From Leptogorgia sarmentosa (lineage: Eukaryota): 64,000 nt of DNA. Location of the stretch: positions 9,982,001 to 10,046,000 of the forward strand of contig OZ210885.1 in the NCBI GenBank assembly GCA_964658305.1, given 5' to 3'. Below the pieces are notes generated by a model. The model searched no databases, was not told the DNA's origin, and saw nothing but the letters and a program-made list of their open reading frames with translations. Made by a program: the position numbers and the translations under genes. Positions within the stretch are counted from its first letter, which is position 1; every line of letters begins with the position of its first letter. Shown piece after piece: positions 1 to 11,198 of the stretch.

Positions 1-481
1 TAAACATTTATAGTTGGGGGGGTGTAGGCCAAAAATTTCCGAATGACAAAAATTTTCCGAATATTTCATGGCATACCGAAGCCACAAATGTGTTTACTAT
101 CCGGACGAAGCAGTAAATTATATAGATATTAATGAAAGCCGTTTTTTATTAGTCGCCACGTAATGAAAACGCCATTCATGCAGACATGACAAATGTCACA
201 AATTTATTCTTCGGTTAGTTTTCATAAACCATTTATCAACTAGCATGTCTATGTCCACACTGTCAGTAATATCTTTTTCGCTGGTTAAATGCTACAATTT
301 ACGTTATTATCCACACAGATTAAAATTACCAGATTTAAAGTTTCTAAGGGTTTTTTGAGAGAATTAAGTCAATTATTGACCAAATACAAACAATAAAAAA
401 AAAATACGCATATCTTACGCATAGACATATTACAGAGGTAACAAACCGAAAAACCGGATTTACCGATTTTTAAATTGTTAT

Positions 482-939
482 CAGTGGCGTAGCGAAGCCA
501 TTCCGATAGGGGGGGGTGTAATGCAAAATATTTTACCGACCTAAATAGGTTTGGGCACGACAGGGCCAGATTATTTGGTGGGGAGGGCGAGTCTCACCAG
601 ACGCCACCATGGTTGGCGTCGAGCGAGAAAATTTTGTGAATTTAGCTAGAGCCTCTAGATCGCCGGAAACGGCCATTTCAGAGTGTTAACCAAAGCCTTA
701 ACACTCAGAATAGAGTATAGAGGTTTAATCGCACACGAACTAATCGCACACGGACATAGACAACAGACATATACTTTTACATATTTTACTTTTCTGCTCT
801 CTCTGTGATTTAATGACATAAATTGAAAATTTACCGACTGCTTTGGCTTCAAAACCGACCGCAATTCATTTACCGACCATTATCAAGAAAATTGGGGGGG
901 TGTCACACCCCCCACACCCCCCCGCTCGCTACGCCCCTG
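482..939. mobile_element. Non-autonomous hAT-type MITE
   Basis: TIRs CAGTGGCGTAGCGA (482) / TCGCTACGCCCCTG (939); perfect 8-bp TSD ATTGTTAT at 474-481 and 940-947. Confidence 0.85.
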
Positions 940-1626
940 ATTGTTATCCTTGTAAATGCCATGATATCGTAAATCAGTTTATACTGACGCCACCCCCCAA
1001 TACCCCCCTCGCTACGGCCCTGAGAACATGTGTACTGTATACATGCGAACACTTACAATATATATACACATTGTGTGGCCATTTGAGTGAAATGTTTATG
1101 TTGGCATGCATGCAACCAGTTGTGCCAAGATGTGAATTTTGCCCAAAGGCGCTATGTGTATGAACACCCGGGGTCGTTATTAGGAATAAGTCCCAATAAA
1201 CAAGGAAATAAACACAAATTTTGTAAGGTTTCTGCATGGGAACAATTCAAAGGCGTGTTACAGAATATTAATACGGAAACGCTTCAATTTGAAACGGCGC
1301 TTGAGGTTTGCGACGAAGCGCACGATGATATCATGGTCATATTGCTCGATTTCTTGTATCGATAAAATTTGTTCTTGTTAGATGGTTTTCTTGTATAATT
1401 CAAAACGTTAATAAGCGGGTTAAAGCAGGTTCCTAATGTAATTATTCGTAACATTTAAGTCCTTACTCACTCCTTACTATTGAAATGTAACGTTGACTGG
1501 AAAAAGTGGAAAAATGTAATTTGAGACTTTCCCCTCACCCCCTAAGGCCAATCAATCACGTGACCAGCCCCGACCAGGGTCTTTCCTCAAGCGGGGAGCG
1601 AGAGGATCAAGAGCCTGGGAACGAGG

Positions 1627-2630
1627 TTGGAATTTCGCTTGACACCGTTCCAAGACATAAATTTGCGAATTTTCTTTATCTACCAACATACCACTTCACA
1701 GCGAAAACACCATACGACCACACTTTACGGCGAAAACATCATAAAACTGATCCTTGATGATTGTACCAAAATTCAATTTTCCGTCAACGGTGATCTTTAT
1801 AAACAATTTCGAACTTCGATGGGTTCGCCTTCAAGTCCAACTTTAGCTAACATCATCATGATGGCATTAGAAGACGAAATAATAAAAGACCTTTTCGAAA
1901 ACGATACTATAAAATTCTATATAAGATATGTTGATGACACACAAGTTTTGGCCAAACCGTCTGATATTAACTTGATTTTAAATAAACTGAACAGCTACCA
2001 TCCGGATATACAGTTCACGCATGAAGAGTTCGTCGATAACGAGGTAAATTTTGTGGTTTTCTAATTAACATCTAACGGCGCTTCGATTTTTCGTAAGAGT
2101 ACACACACAGGCCAGTATATCCATTAATCTAGTTTTACTCCGTGGTCGTACAAAATTGCATGGATTAGGTCACTTGTGCATAGTACTTGCACTGTTTCGT
2201 GCAAAGATAAAACACCTAAGGAGTTTCAAAGTTCGGTGGTTTATAAATTTTCATGTCCTGGGTGCGGCAAAACATACATAGGAAAGACAGACAGATGCCT
2301 CTATACAAGACTGAACGAACATGCAATCACAGACAAAAACTCAGAGATTGATAAAAACATTAACACTTGCGAACAATTTAACTATCTGAACCTACTGAAC
2401 AACTGCAACATCATAGACAGGGCTAAGCATTGGTCAAATCTGCTGTTCAAAGAAAAAAATCATTCATCGACAAAAACCGGAACTGAATCATGGGACTAAA
2501 GCATCTAGAGAACTATCGGTTGTCTTCTGATCAGATATCAAATTACGTAGAGTATATATAACGCATGCACATGAAATAGAACCATTCCTGAATCCTGATG
2601 ATGACTAAATAAAGTCGAAACGTTGAATCA
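1627..2630 (+). mobile_element. Decayed Penelope-like retroelement (RT + GIY-YIG endonuclease fragments)
   Basis: ORF 1627-2064 has SMGSPSSPTLANIIM and YIRYVDD; ORF 2176-2499 has VVYKFSCPGCGKTYIGKTDRCLYTRLNEH. Frameshifts and stops lie between them; a hammerhead motif follows. Confidence 0.85.
2589..2630 (+). ncRNA. Minimal type I hammerhead ribozyme (Penelope-associated)
   Basis: TGAATC-CTGATGA-T-GACT(aaataa)AGTC-GAAA-CGTT-GAATCA: core boxes intact, 4-bp stem II, palindromic ACGT stem III, stem I 5/6 paired. Confidence 0.7.
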
Positions 2631-3320
2631 AAATGCTTACGTTATTCGGAGTTACCGTTGTTGTGTATTTAATGAATATACTCAGACTGAGTGTTTCCCG
2701 TAATTATAAGTAGGCTATGTATATGCATATTTCAGGATGGACAGGATATGTAAAAAGAACAATGTTTTACTTAAGTCTGAGCATAGACGATTGTCTATGA
2801 TCTAAGTTACTTTTAAGCGCTTATTACATTAATATGGCACGGCTTGAATGACATAATTAACGAAAGAAATATATTTAATCGTTGTCAGTTTACAACTATC
2901 CATAATATGCTCGAAATACGGAACACACTGCGAGGCAACGAATATTTGGAGACAGCGTTGAGTGGTCAATACTTTCCACTCGCCTTACAAATTGAATAAA
3001 TCTGGCTTGTCTGATTGTTCAAAACTGGGTTACTCATATAGATTATTTGCGATAGCAAAGTAGGAAGTAAGATAGTATGGTTAGGAAGTGATAGTATGAT
3101 AGTCAGTTCCTTGGGCAAAGCTGAGAAATAATAAAAGTAATTCTGAAAACCATAATCTTGTTGCCATGTTCATTCTCCCGGAAAGAGGTATATGGAAGAC
3201 AGCGGAGATGCCATTTCCCACCATCAAGAGATTCCAAATTTCTAAAATTTTCTCGCTCAGGCTCAGCGCCCATCCTAGTGGCGGTGTATGACGTCTCGTG
3301 AGCTGCCGTTCCCACCCAAA

Positions 3321-6154
3321 CACTGTTATTTTCAGGGTGTTATTTTAACACCAAAAAGAGGGGTTACGGCATTTAGTCTAAAATAATCCTTTTTTAGGGG
3401 TTACAAATAACTCCAATTAGGGTGTTAAAATTTAACCCCAGTTTTGGAGTTAAAATAACACCGATTTAGGTGTTAAAATATAACACCTTTTGAGGAGTTA
3501 AATAAATCTAACTCCGTTCCAGGGGGTTAAAAAAATTCATTCGTCGAATTTCAGAAACAAACCTTTCCAAATGGTCCATTTATATCTTTAGCTATGTTAT
3601 CGTCTTTGAAAAAACATTATTTTCCGTCATCAATAAATAATTTAAATTGTTATATAGTTGGTGTCAAAGTTCAATTTTCCTGTTTGTTGATTGGACAAAA
3701 CCGTATCACGTGCCGGTCCACAAAACGTCATGTTCGCCAACCGGTCAAAAATCAAAAAATTATTGACCGGGCAACAATTAAATGGGCACAATGCGCATGC
3801 GCGTTAACCGTGAAGTCCAAAGTTCATTCAATCGTACGATGTTTTGATGGCGTAAGGCGTCCCATTTAATGTCTGTTTTTTTGTTTCAAAGGTCACTCCA
3901 CTGGTTCACTCCAGTATTAAACCGGTGAATTCATTCATATTTTGACACTAAACTATATAACAAAACACTTATTTACTGAAACCTCGGGAAACATTGTGTT
4001 TTGTGGCCCCTCGACCGCCATTGTTGCCCTCGGCTTCGCCTCGGGCAACAACGGCGGTCTCGGGGCCACAAAACACAATGTTTCCCTCGGTCTCAGTAAA
4101 TAAGTGATAAATATCGAAGTGTCAGTTGCATAGCAACTGCGAAAGAATTACTGTAGCACGCTATCCATAAATATAGCTACATGCACATACACGGAAATAT
4201 ACAACTTACTACAGAATCATAACAGAATTGAAGTCAATGAGTCGCATGCATATTGTTTAAGTATGTGCAGTACCAGCTTTGTTGATAGGCTTAAAAAGCA
4301 TCACAAGCATGGCAAGGACAAGAAGTTTTGGTCAGTTCATTCTAAACCACATGTTGTGTAATTCAAGAATCACCCATATTAAAATTGTAAAGACATTTGA
4401 TTACTTTCCATCAACATATTGCTGTACTTCTAACTTTTTAGTGCCAGAAAGTTTACCCCAGAATGTAAGATATTTAACTGTAAAGAAGTTGCTGAAGGTT
4501 TAGAATTTACAAGAACACTCATACATATATATAAATTATATGCAAACTTGTATGTTTTGTTTACCTTATATATCAAAAAAATATACACATAACCATGTTT
4601 AAATGTGTAAAAGTATTTTGAAACTAAACTAAATGAGGAGTGTCTAAACTCTAAAAAACCAAAAGCATTGTTCAAAACAGTACATGTTGTTCAAATTTGA
4701 ATTTCATAGCAGTGAGCTAAAGAAATGCTTTTGTGGATCTTTAGACTCCCAGAACCTATGATAAACACATATCTGTTACTGCAAGTGGTCAGAAACTCAG
4801 AGATTGTTTGTACAAGTTAGATATCTAAAATTTAATATAAACTGTCATTAAATGTAATCCATTCATGGCAAGGGAAAACAGTGTTACCAGTATGCTGTCT
4901 TCTGTAACTATAAGGCAGGGCTGGAGTTGTTTCTTTATGTCTTCATCAAGGGTTCGGCAACATTCTAAGATGAAAGGAAATTCAAGTATTTAAAAAAATA
5001 GGCATTTTCCATATTGAGCTGGAGTTCACCCATGATGTCCTACATGGGCATATATTTAGGGTCTTATCATAAGTATGTAGCTGGCATCGATTTTAATGTA
5101 TGTCAACACAAATGTGTTTATTACATTGCTAAAAGGAACAGTGTTTTTGAACAAAATGACAATTTAATATCAAACTTAGACACAGCTGTTTTTGAAATTC
5201 TTCCATGTCATGTGCCATACCGGTATTAATAAATGCAAAGTGAGATGTTGAATATGATTTTGAAATTTCTGGTAGCAGTTGCAGGTCTTTGCCTGAACAC
5301 CTTAGGCCAAAATATAGAGCCATGTAGGCAATATAAATATGTTCCAACATGAAATAGTCACAGTTCAAAGTTGGCCTGTCAGTGTCTTGTGTTAGAAGGC
5401 ATTGGTTGTCATTATTTTACAAACTCTCCACAATACATGGCAAACTAATGAACTATAAACAAATTATTTATTTACCTGTGACTCATTCAACCAGAAGTCA
5501 ACTATGCATGTCCTTTATAGTTTATACTGGCACTGTATACTGCATAATACATTGCGTCATTGCCATACTATTATCACATGGAAAAACCAGTTTCTTTGGG
5601 AAACCCTGAGCAAAAATAGTGTGTAAATACAAAAGAATACATAGCAGTATAAATATGGCTAAATCATAAACACAGTCTGCTAAAATTCACCTGAATTTTG
5701 CGGCTCATATTTGTCGTTGAATGTTCACATATAATGCTAAAATTTTGGATGTAAATAAACGCTTTATTACTGCATAAATTCGTATAAAATTTGAGTATTG
5801 AGAATGGATAACACTTACCCAACATAAGATCGTGTAGATACGACACAATTGGCACAATTTCTCCTTTTTTCCGTCGAAATTTCATCAAAAATCGCATCCA
5901 AAATAGCGTTAATTTAAAAAATTTAAAAATGCCGCTCCTTAAAATTAATCCCTTAAATGGAGTTAGATTCACTAATCCCCCTTACGTGGTGTTATTTTTG
6001 AATACTGATTAGCCAGCGAATGCCTGTAACCCCTCAAAGGGTATTATTTTAACTCCAGTTATGGAGTTAAAAGAGCTAAAATTTGTAACCCCTCTATTAC
6101 TCCTCTAGAATCCCTTCAAAGTGGTGTTAAAATAACACCTTGAAAATAACAGTG
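3321..6154. mobile_element. Non-autonomous CACTG-terminated DNA transposon (CMC/EnSpm-like)
   Basis: 32-bp TIR CACTGTTATTTTCA(G/A)GGTGTTATTTTAACACC with 1 mismatch; subterminal GGGTTA/GGTGTTA repeats at both ends; no transposase ORF; no clean TSD. Confidence 0.75.
3650..4106. repeat. Palindromic element: short IR pair plus 141-bp hairpin (3966-4106)
   Basis: CACTTATTTACTGA...TCAGTAAATAAGTG hairpin with apex GGC-TTC-GCC and three TC/TC internal loops; adjacent IR TTATATAGTT..TGTCAAA / TTTGACA..AACTATATAA. Confidence 0.85.
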
Positions 6155-6190
6155 TTCAATAAACGAATACAGCCATGAACAACGAAAATT

Positions 6191-6272
6191 TGGCAGCGGT
6201 GGGATTCGAACCCACGTCATCGAAATGACTGGTGCCTGAAACCAGCGCCTTAGACCACTCGGCCACGCTACC
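6191..6272 (-). tRNA. tRNA-Leu(CAG)
   Basis: GGTAGCGTGGCCGAGTGGTCTAAGGCG CTGGT-TTCAGGC-ACCAG ... GTTCGAATCCCACCGCTGCCA; 82 nt with long variable arm. Confidence 0.9.
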
Positions 6273-6614
6273 TGTGACTTGTTGCATACATGATTCGTGT
6301 TCAGTAAATATCCATAAAGAGTAAAAATCAAGAATTTATATACCAATGCAAAAACTCTGTCCACAATCAAATAGTTTGCGGCTATCAAATAGTTTTCATA
6401 AGAGACGGTGATATCAGAAAATATTAATTTTACTATCCTGGATAAATAATTTGATTATGTCTGTGTTACAAATCTACGTTTTTCTCGTGTTGCATTTGAA
6501 ATTTAAACTCGTCAGAATGATAATATTCTGCGTTAGCAGGGAATCTAATCCCAGTCTCGAGCGTGTTTGAATATGTGAAGACAAACTGTTCCAAATAGAA
6601 ATTGTCAGAAAAAT

Positions 6615-6686
6615 TTCCCACGCCGGGAATCGAACCCGGGCCATGGCGGTGAAAACGCCAGATCCTAACCACTAGACCACATGGGA
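6615..6686 (-). tRNA. tRNA-Glu(TTC)
   Basis: TCCCATGTGGTCTAGTGGTTAGGAT...TTTTCAC...GTTCGATTCCCGGCGTGGGAA; 72 nt, followed by a T-run. Confidence 0.9.
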
Positions 6687-6770
6687 ATTACAATTTCGAG
6701 ATCATGTCTGTGTTACAAACCCACATTTTTTCTCGAGTTGCAATTGAAATGCAACAAAATGAAAACATTC

Positions 6771-6841
6771 TGCGTTTCCTGTGAATCAAGCCCCGGTCCC
6801 AAAGGTGGCAGGCGAGAATTCTACCACTGAACCACCAACGC
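6771..6841 (-). pseudogene. tRNA-Gly(GCC) pseudogene
   Basis: 5' half GCGTTGGTGGTTCAGTGGTAGAATTCTCGCCTGCCA intact; anticodon stem and T-arm degenerate. Confidence 0.8.
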
Positions 6842-7128
6842 AAAGTTGACGCCCTTGTCTGGAGGTAAAATGTTGCTTCAGGCAAATTCAGGCTTGTTCC
6901 TGCCCAGTTAGCTAGGTAGCATTCTATATATTTTAGTTCAAGTTTCATATCTTTCCACCATTTCACTACGTTTGGAAAAAAAATTAGCATTGCTAATAGA
7001 ATGGTTTCGAGTGGAATTTGGAATTAACTTGCACGAGTGAGTTTAGCAAAGACCTCAAAATAGAAAGTTTCTATTGTTCAGAGTGTAGCGCTGAGAGTGT
7101 GTAGGTCAGTTGTAGATGGATGTGAATG

Positions 7129-7358
7129 TTCATTAATGAACAACGTGAAAGCGGTTGGTTGTAGCAACGTAGTAAAATAATATCCATTATTTTTATATTT
7201 CTTTTTTCATTAATGAACAACGTGAAAGCGGTTGGTTGTAGCAACGTACTAAAATAATATACATTATTTTTATATTTCTTTTTTCATTAATGAACAACGT
7301 GAAAGCGAATGGTTCTAGCAACGTACTAAAATAATATACATTATTTTTATATTTCCAT
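7129..7358 (+). repeat. Tandem triplication of a ~76-77-bp unit
   Basis: TTCATTAATGAACAACGTGAAAGCG...TATTTTTATATTTC occurs three times directly upstream of tRNA-Asn. Confidence 0.9.
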
Positions 7359-7381
7359 TCGGAAGGTTTTCAATGGAGTCA

Positions 7382-7397
7382 GTCTCTGTGGCGTAAC

Positions 7398-7431
<34 letters not shown>

Positions 7432-7455
7432 TTGGTTCGAGTCCAACCAGGGACG
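7382..7455 (+). tRNA. tRNA-Asn(GTT)
   Basis: GTCTCTGTGGCGTAACCGGTTAGCGCG TTCGG-CTGTTAA-CCGAA ... GTTCGAGTCCAACCAGGGACG. Confidence 0.88.
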
Positions 7456-7568
7456 TGTTTGGTGTGTTCAGACGTCGTGATGGTAAATGTAACCCAATTT
7501 TTTGCGCGAGGTTTTCTAAGGATTTATGGATTTATGGAAAAGAGAACATCTTAGTTGGTTAATTAACT

Positions 7569-7599
7569 AGGGCTTGCACGGGAATCGAACCCGTGACCT
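7569..7599 (-). pseudogene. tRNA-Pro 3' fragment
   Basis: Only the T-arm and acceptor (GGTCACGGGTTCGATTCCCGTGCAAGCCC) remain; flank matches the full copy at 8094. Confidence 0.75.
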
Positions 7600-7658
7600 G
7601 GGGAATTAATGTAATATCTCAGCCCTTCCAAAACATTTTCCAATCTTCCAACGACGTC

Positions 7659-7730
7659 GCTGTGATCGTATAGTGGTTAGTACATTGCGTTGTGGCCGCA
7701 ATAACCCAGGTTCGAATCCTGGTCACGGCA
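7659..7730 (+). tRNA. tRNA-His(GTG)
   Basis: GCTGTGATCGTATAGTGGTTAGTACA TTGCG-TTGTGGC-CGCAA ... GTTCGAATCCTGGTCACGGCA. Confidence 0.9.
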
Positions 7731-7898
7731 TCTGTTTCAAACACCAAAAAGTATTGTAATCGCCATTGCCGGCTTCGTCACCGTTGAAGTTCTGTTTATT
7801 GTTGCCGTTGCATATGGCCTTGGCTAAAAATCAGATTTTGACCAAAAATAATATCCATTATTTCTATATTTCTCTTCGGAAGGTTTTTACGGGGGTAG

Positions 7899-7904
7899 GT
7901 CTCT

Positions 7905-7948
<44 letters not shown>

Positions 7949-7972
7949 TTGGTTCGAGTCCAACCAGGGACG
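7899..7972 (+). tRNA. tRNA-Asn(GTT)
   Basis: GTCTCTGTGGCGCAATCGGTTAGCGCG...GTT anticodon...CCAACCAGGGACG. Confidence 0.92.
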
Positions 7973-8093
7973 TGTTTGGTGTGATGTTATTCAGGCGTCG
8001 TGACGGTAAATTAACCGAATTTTTTGCGCGAGGTTTTCTAAGGACTTACGAAAGCTTTCAAAAAAGAGAACATCTTACTTGGTTAATTAACTA

Positions 8094-8165
8094 GGGCTTG
8101 CACGGGAATCAAACCCGTGACCTCTCGCACCCGAAGCGAGAATCATACCACTAGACCAGCAAGCC
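8094..8165 (-). tRNA. tRNA-Pro(CGG), T-loop variant
   Basis: GGCTTGCTGGTCTAGTGGTATGATT CTCGC-TTCGGGT-GCGAG; B-box reads GTTTGA rather than GTTCGA, so it may be impaired. Confidence 0.8.
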
Positions 8166-8445
8166 ATTGATGTATCAAAATGTTCAAAAACTTCTCACGA
8201 AGAAAAATATGGGATTAATGTTATATCTCAGCAGTTCCAAAACATTTTTCAATCGATCTTCCAGCAAAAAATCAGATTTTGGTGAAAAATTGCATCCATT
8301 ATTCATACTACGATTCGTGTTAAATATATCGATTGATACTTGAAAACGATTAGTCTTGCTGTTAATTACTGAAATATTTTGTTAGATTTTACTGGCAGAT
8401 TGAAGATTTATTCATTTCGAAGTGCAAGTCAAGGGTTATGCCAAC

Positions 8446-8527
8446 GTAGTCGTGGCCGAGTGGTTAAGGCGACAGACTCGAAATCTGTTGGGAAATTCCC
8501 GCGCAGGTTCAAATCCTGCCGACTACG
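8446..8527 (+). tRNA. tRNA-Ser(CGA)
   Basis: GTAGTCGTGGCCGAGTGGTTAAGGCG ACAGA-CTCGAAA-TCTGT, variable arm, GTTCAAATCCTGCCGACTACG. Confidence 0.92.
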
Positions 8528-8713
8528 TTATGCAAATTTTTGGGGGAACAACTCGATGAGATGAAATTCTGTTCTCGCGGTGGTGATTGCTCAATGTTTA
8601 AGTTCCATCTACAAAATCAACGGAAAGGAGTCACGTTTTTTATTGTATTAAGGTTATGAAACATGCCAAGAATGATTTTGTATTTGAATGTAGAATTGAA
8701 AACAAAGAGGTCT

Positions 8714-8759
8714 TTGGACTTTGAATCCAGCGATCCGAGTTCAATTCTCGGCAGAGCCT
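8714..8759 (+). pseudogene. tRNA-Gln(TTG) 3' fragment
   Basis: TTGGACTTTGAATCCAGCGATCCGAGTTCAATTCTCGGCAGAGCCT, lacking the D-arm and 5' acceptor strand. Confidence 0.75.
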
Positions 8760-9024
8760 ATTTTCGACATTATACATTTGATTTTTTTATAATGAAGCGA
8801 ATTGTATTACCTTTCTCTTCCACCATTCATTTGGCAATTCAGAGTTAATTGAAACAAATTGACCCAAGCACAAAATTAATGCGAAGGTGAACTTGATAAT
8901 TTAATTACTAAAGGATTACTCGTATTCGACTCACGTCAGTTGTCAAGAGAAAATCAGAACGGGATATGGCATGTTGAAGGTAGCAAAGAATAAATGTGGT
9001 AGGAAATTCCATGTTTTCATGCAT

Positions 9025-9148
9025 GTCAGGATGGCCGAGCGGTCTAAGGCGCCAGACTCAAGTGCAAAAACTTGTCACGACAAACGTTGACATAATTGGG
9101 CGTTCTGGTCCACACATGTGGTCGTGGGTTCGAATCCCACTCCTGACA
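9025..9148 (+). tRNA. tRNA-Leu(CAA) with 40-nt intron (9063-9102)
   Basis: GTCAGGATGGCCGAGCGGTCTAAGGCG CCAGA-CTCAAG | intron | T-TCTGG ... GTTCGAATCCCACTCCTGACA; intron at the canonical 37/38 position. Confidence 0.92.
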
Positions 9149-9290
9149 AAAAATTTACATAAAAATTGAGAACATTTCTTTGCAAAGTTGATCTATTTAC
9201 CAATTTCGATATCACCAAGAATATTTTTCTGGTTTTTGACTGAAAAATTCCAAAGAAAAAAATATCTCCATTCAAAAAAGCTCATATATA

Positions 9291-9363
9291 TGTTTCCGCG
9301 CAGGATCGAAGTGGGGACCTTGCGCGTGTGAGGCGCACGTGATAACCACTACACTACAGAAAC
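9291..9363 (-). tRNA. tRNA-Val(CAC), probably impaired
   Basis: GTTTCTGTAGTGTAGTGGTTATCACG TGCGC-CTCACAC-GCGCA; T-stem CCCAC/CTGCG has two mismatches. Confidence 0.75.
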
Positions 9364-9452
9364 AAATTGGAACAAAATTACAAAACAGAGACAAAATTCT
9401 GGAGAAGTGAATCGATGCAACAAAAAAATTGAAACAAATTCATGGAGATGCA

Positions 9453-9525
9453 GGTCCCTTGCCAGATTTAAACTGGGGTCCTTCCAGTGTTAGAAGCGTG
9501 TAGTAACCAGTGCACTACAAGAAAT
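9453..9525 (-). pseudogene. Highly degenerate tRNA-Val(AAC)-like relic
   Basis: TTTCTTGTAGTGCACTGGTTACTACACGCTTCTAACACTGGAAGGACCCCAGTTTAAATCTGG; an inverted copy lies at ~19365-19432. Confidence 0.55.
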
Positions 9526-9835
9526 GTATAACAAACCCTCAATTGCACCGTAGAAATCGCTAAGAAGATCAAATCAAAAATAACAAAAACACTGTATTTC
9601 GATGACCATTGGAAATTCGCAATGGTATTAAAATCGTTTGATTTTAACTGCGATGGATTGAAAAAATTGCAATAAAATAATGTGTAGCTCCGTCACGTAA
9701 ATTGATTTTGCTGATCATGTTTAAAGTAGAACAATTTCCTGGAACTTACTTGTGTTTATTATTTGACGATGTTTGGTGAAAATGTTCGTCATCTTGTGGA
9801 ATATGAATATTATTACCAAAAAATTGGGCAACTTT

Positions 9836-9892
9836 GCGTTGGTGGTTCAGTGGTAGAATTATCGCCTGCCACGCGGGAGACCGGGGTTCGAT
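9836..9892 (+). pseudogene. tRNA-Gly(GCC), 3'-truncated
   Basis: GCGTTGGTGGTTCAGTGGTAGAATTATCGCCTGCCACGCGGGAGACCGGGGTTCGAT, then deleted. Confidence 0.8.
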
Positions 9893-9961
9893 GTTGCATT
9901 CCAACTGCAACACGGGAAACAAACTGGCTTTATAACACAGCCATAGTCAACAAGGTATCAC

Positions 9962-10033
9962 TCCCATGTGGTCCAGTGGTTAGGATCTGGCGTTTTCACC
10001 GCAATGGCCCGGGTTCGATTCCCGGCTTGGGAA
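9962..10033 (+). tRNA. tRNA-Glu(TTC)
   Basis: Inverted paralogue of 6615-6686 with a few stem mismatches; TTTTTT Pol III terminator follows immediately. Confidence 0.82.
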
Positions 10034-10087
10034 TTTTTTCCTGAAAAATTCAATTTGAAGCAGCTTGTGTTCACATTCTCAAACTCT

Positions 10088-10131
10088 GCTGTTTTACTAG
10101 ACCAGTGCTTTAACCCCTGAGCTAAAGAGGC
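10088..10131 (-). pseudogene. tRNA-Thr(AGT) 5' fragment
   Basis: GCCTCTTTAGCTCAGGGGTTAAAGCACTGGTCTAGTAAAACAG; 3' half eroded. Confidence 0.7.
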
Positions 10132-10341
10132 AACTTCTTCCCTGTTGAAACTCAGAACATAAATCCAATTACGAAGTTAATTAAACTTAATTTCCCGTAT
10201 TATCATGTGTTTTCATGAAATAAACTCACTTGGAAAATTTTGTTTCAGGTCACACTTATACAATCTGTAACTGCATACCTTGTAACCAATCACAAAAAGT
10301 AAATGGATGAATTCTTATTCACGATGGATACTTATTGCCAC

Positions 10342-10414
10342 AGCCTCATCAGAGAATTGAACTCTGGACTCCTGGTTTACGAAACCAGTGCTCTAACCCC
10401 TGAGCTAATGAGGC
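10342..10414 (-). tRNA. tRNA-Thr(CGT)
   Basis: GCCTCATTAGCTCAGGGGTTAGAGCA CTGGT-TTCGTAA-ACCAG ... CAGAG-TTCAATT-CTCTG ATGAGGCT. Confidence 0.88.
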
Positions 10415-10563
10415 GACAAGTTAAAATCTTCATAGCATTTTTTTCGAACATAGTACTCTTCCAATAGCTTTTTTATTTCATCAGTTTTTACTCACTGAAC
10501 AGCACATAGAATACAATCTGGGCGTTTGTCTTCCACGTTCTTCAATGTTTTCGAAGAAAATAA

Positions 10564-10636
10564 AGCCTCATCAGAGATTTGAACTCTGGACCCCTGGTTT
10601 ACAAGACCAGTGCTCTAACCACTGAGCTAATGAGGC
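10564..10636 (-). tRNA. tRNA-Thr(TGT)
   Basis: GCCTCATTAGCTCAGTGGTTAGAGCA CTGGT-CTTGTAA-ACCAG ... GTTCAAATCTCTGATGAGGCT followed by TT. Confidence 0.92.
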
Positions 10637-10777
10637 AACTCAAAAGCTTGCTGTAGAATTATATTACTTTCCCATCCTGCACTGATGTGATGTTTCAAAA
10701 TGTTAAAAATAAGAGTGAAGATTATGCACTTGTTTTCATTCTTTGTAAAACGTTAACATTTAGTCTTTGATATAATA

Positions 10778-11063
10778 TTTCATAAACGAGTGCGAGCGTT
10801 TTAACGGGGTTTCCAAACACGCGAGAATAATTGAATTAACGAGACTGTTCACCAAGCAATTTTTATTGTTCACGAGAGTTTGTGAAACACGAAAGGCAAT
10901 GAAAGCAACGAGGCCGTTACGGCCGAGTGGTTTTTATTGTCTTGGGTGTTTTACATACTCGAGAGGACAATAAAGAAAATCGCGCGGTGAACAGTCGAGT
11001 TAATTCAATTATTCTCAAGTGTTTGAAGACCCCGGTAAAACACGAGTCATAAGTTTATGAAAA
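10778..11063. repeat. Palindromic element with GA/GA loops
   Basis: TTTCATAAAC...GTTTATGAAA ends, nested IRs, centre AAC-GA-GGCCGTTACGGCC-GA-GTG. Confidence 0.7.
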
Positions 11064-11198
11064 AACTTCTAAGGCGAAACTACAGGGTGTATCAAAAAAA
11101 AGTTTACTCGCGAAAAATGTCTTTTAGGCCGAAGCGCACGCACCCCATTGCAAACCATTGGTATATCTAAGTAGTTTGAGCCCTTCGGATACATCCTA

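Noticed and set aside
3081..3323. Minus-strand ORF with signal-peptide-like MATRLWFSELLLLFLSFAQG
   Set aside because: It stops 8 codons later at a short tandem duplication, with no convincing donor or downstream exons; at best a pseudogene fragment.
7129..7358. Three regularly spaced repeats that look CRISPR-like
   Set aside because: The units are contiguous near-identical tandem copies with no unique spacers, there are no cas genes, and the context is eukaryotic.
6116..10044. ORF-track peptides overlapping the tRNA cluster
   Set aside because: They are incidental translations of tRNA genes and spacers, not proteins.
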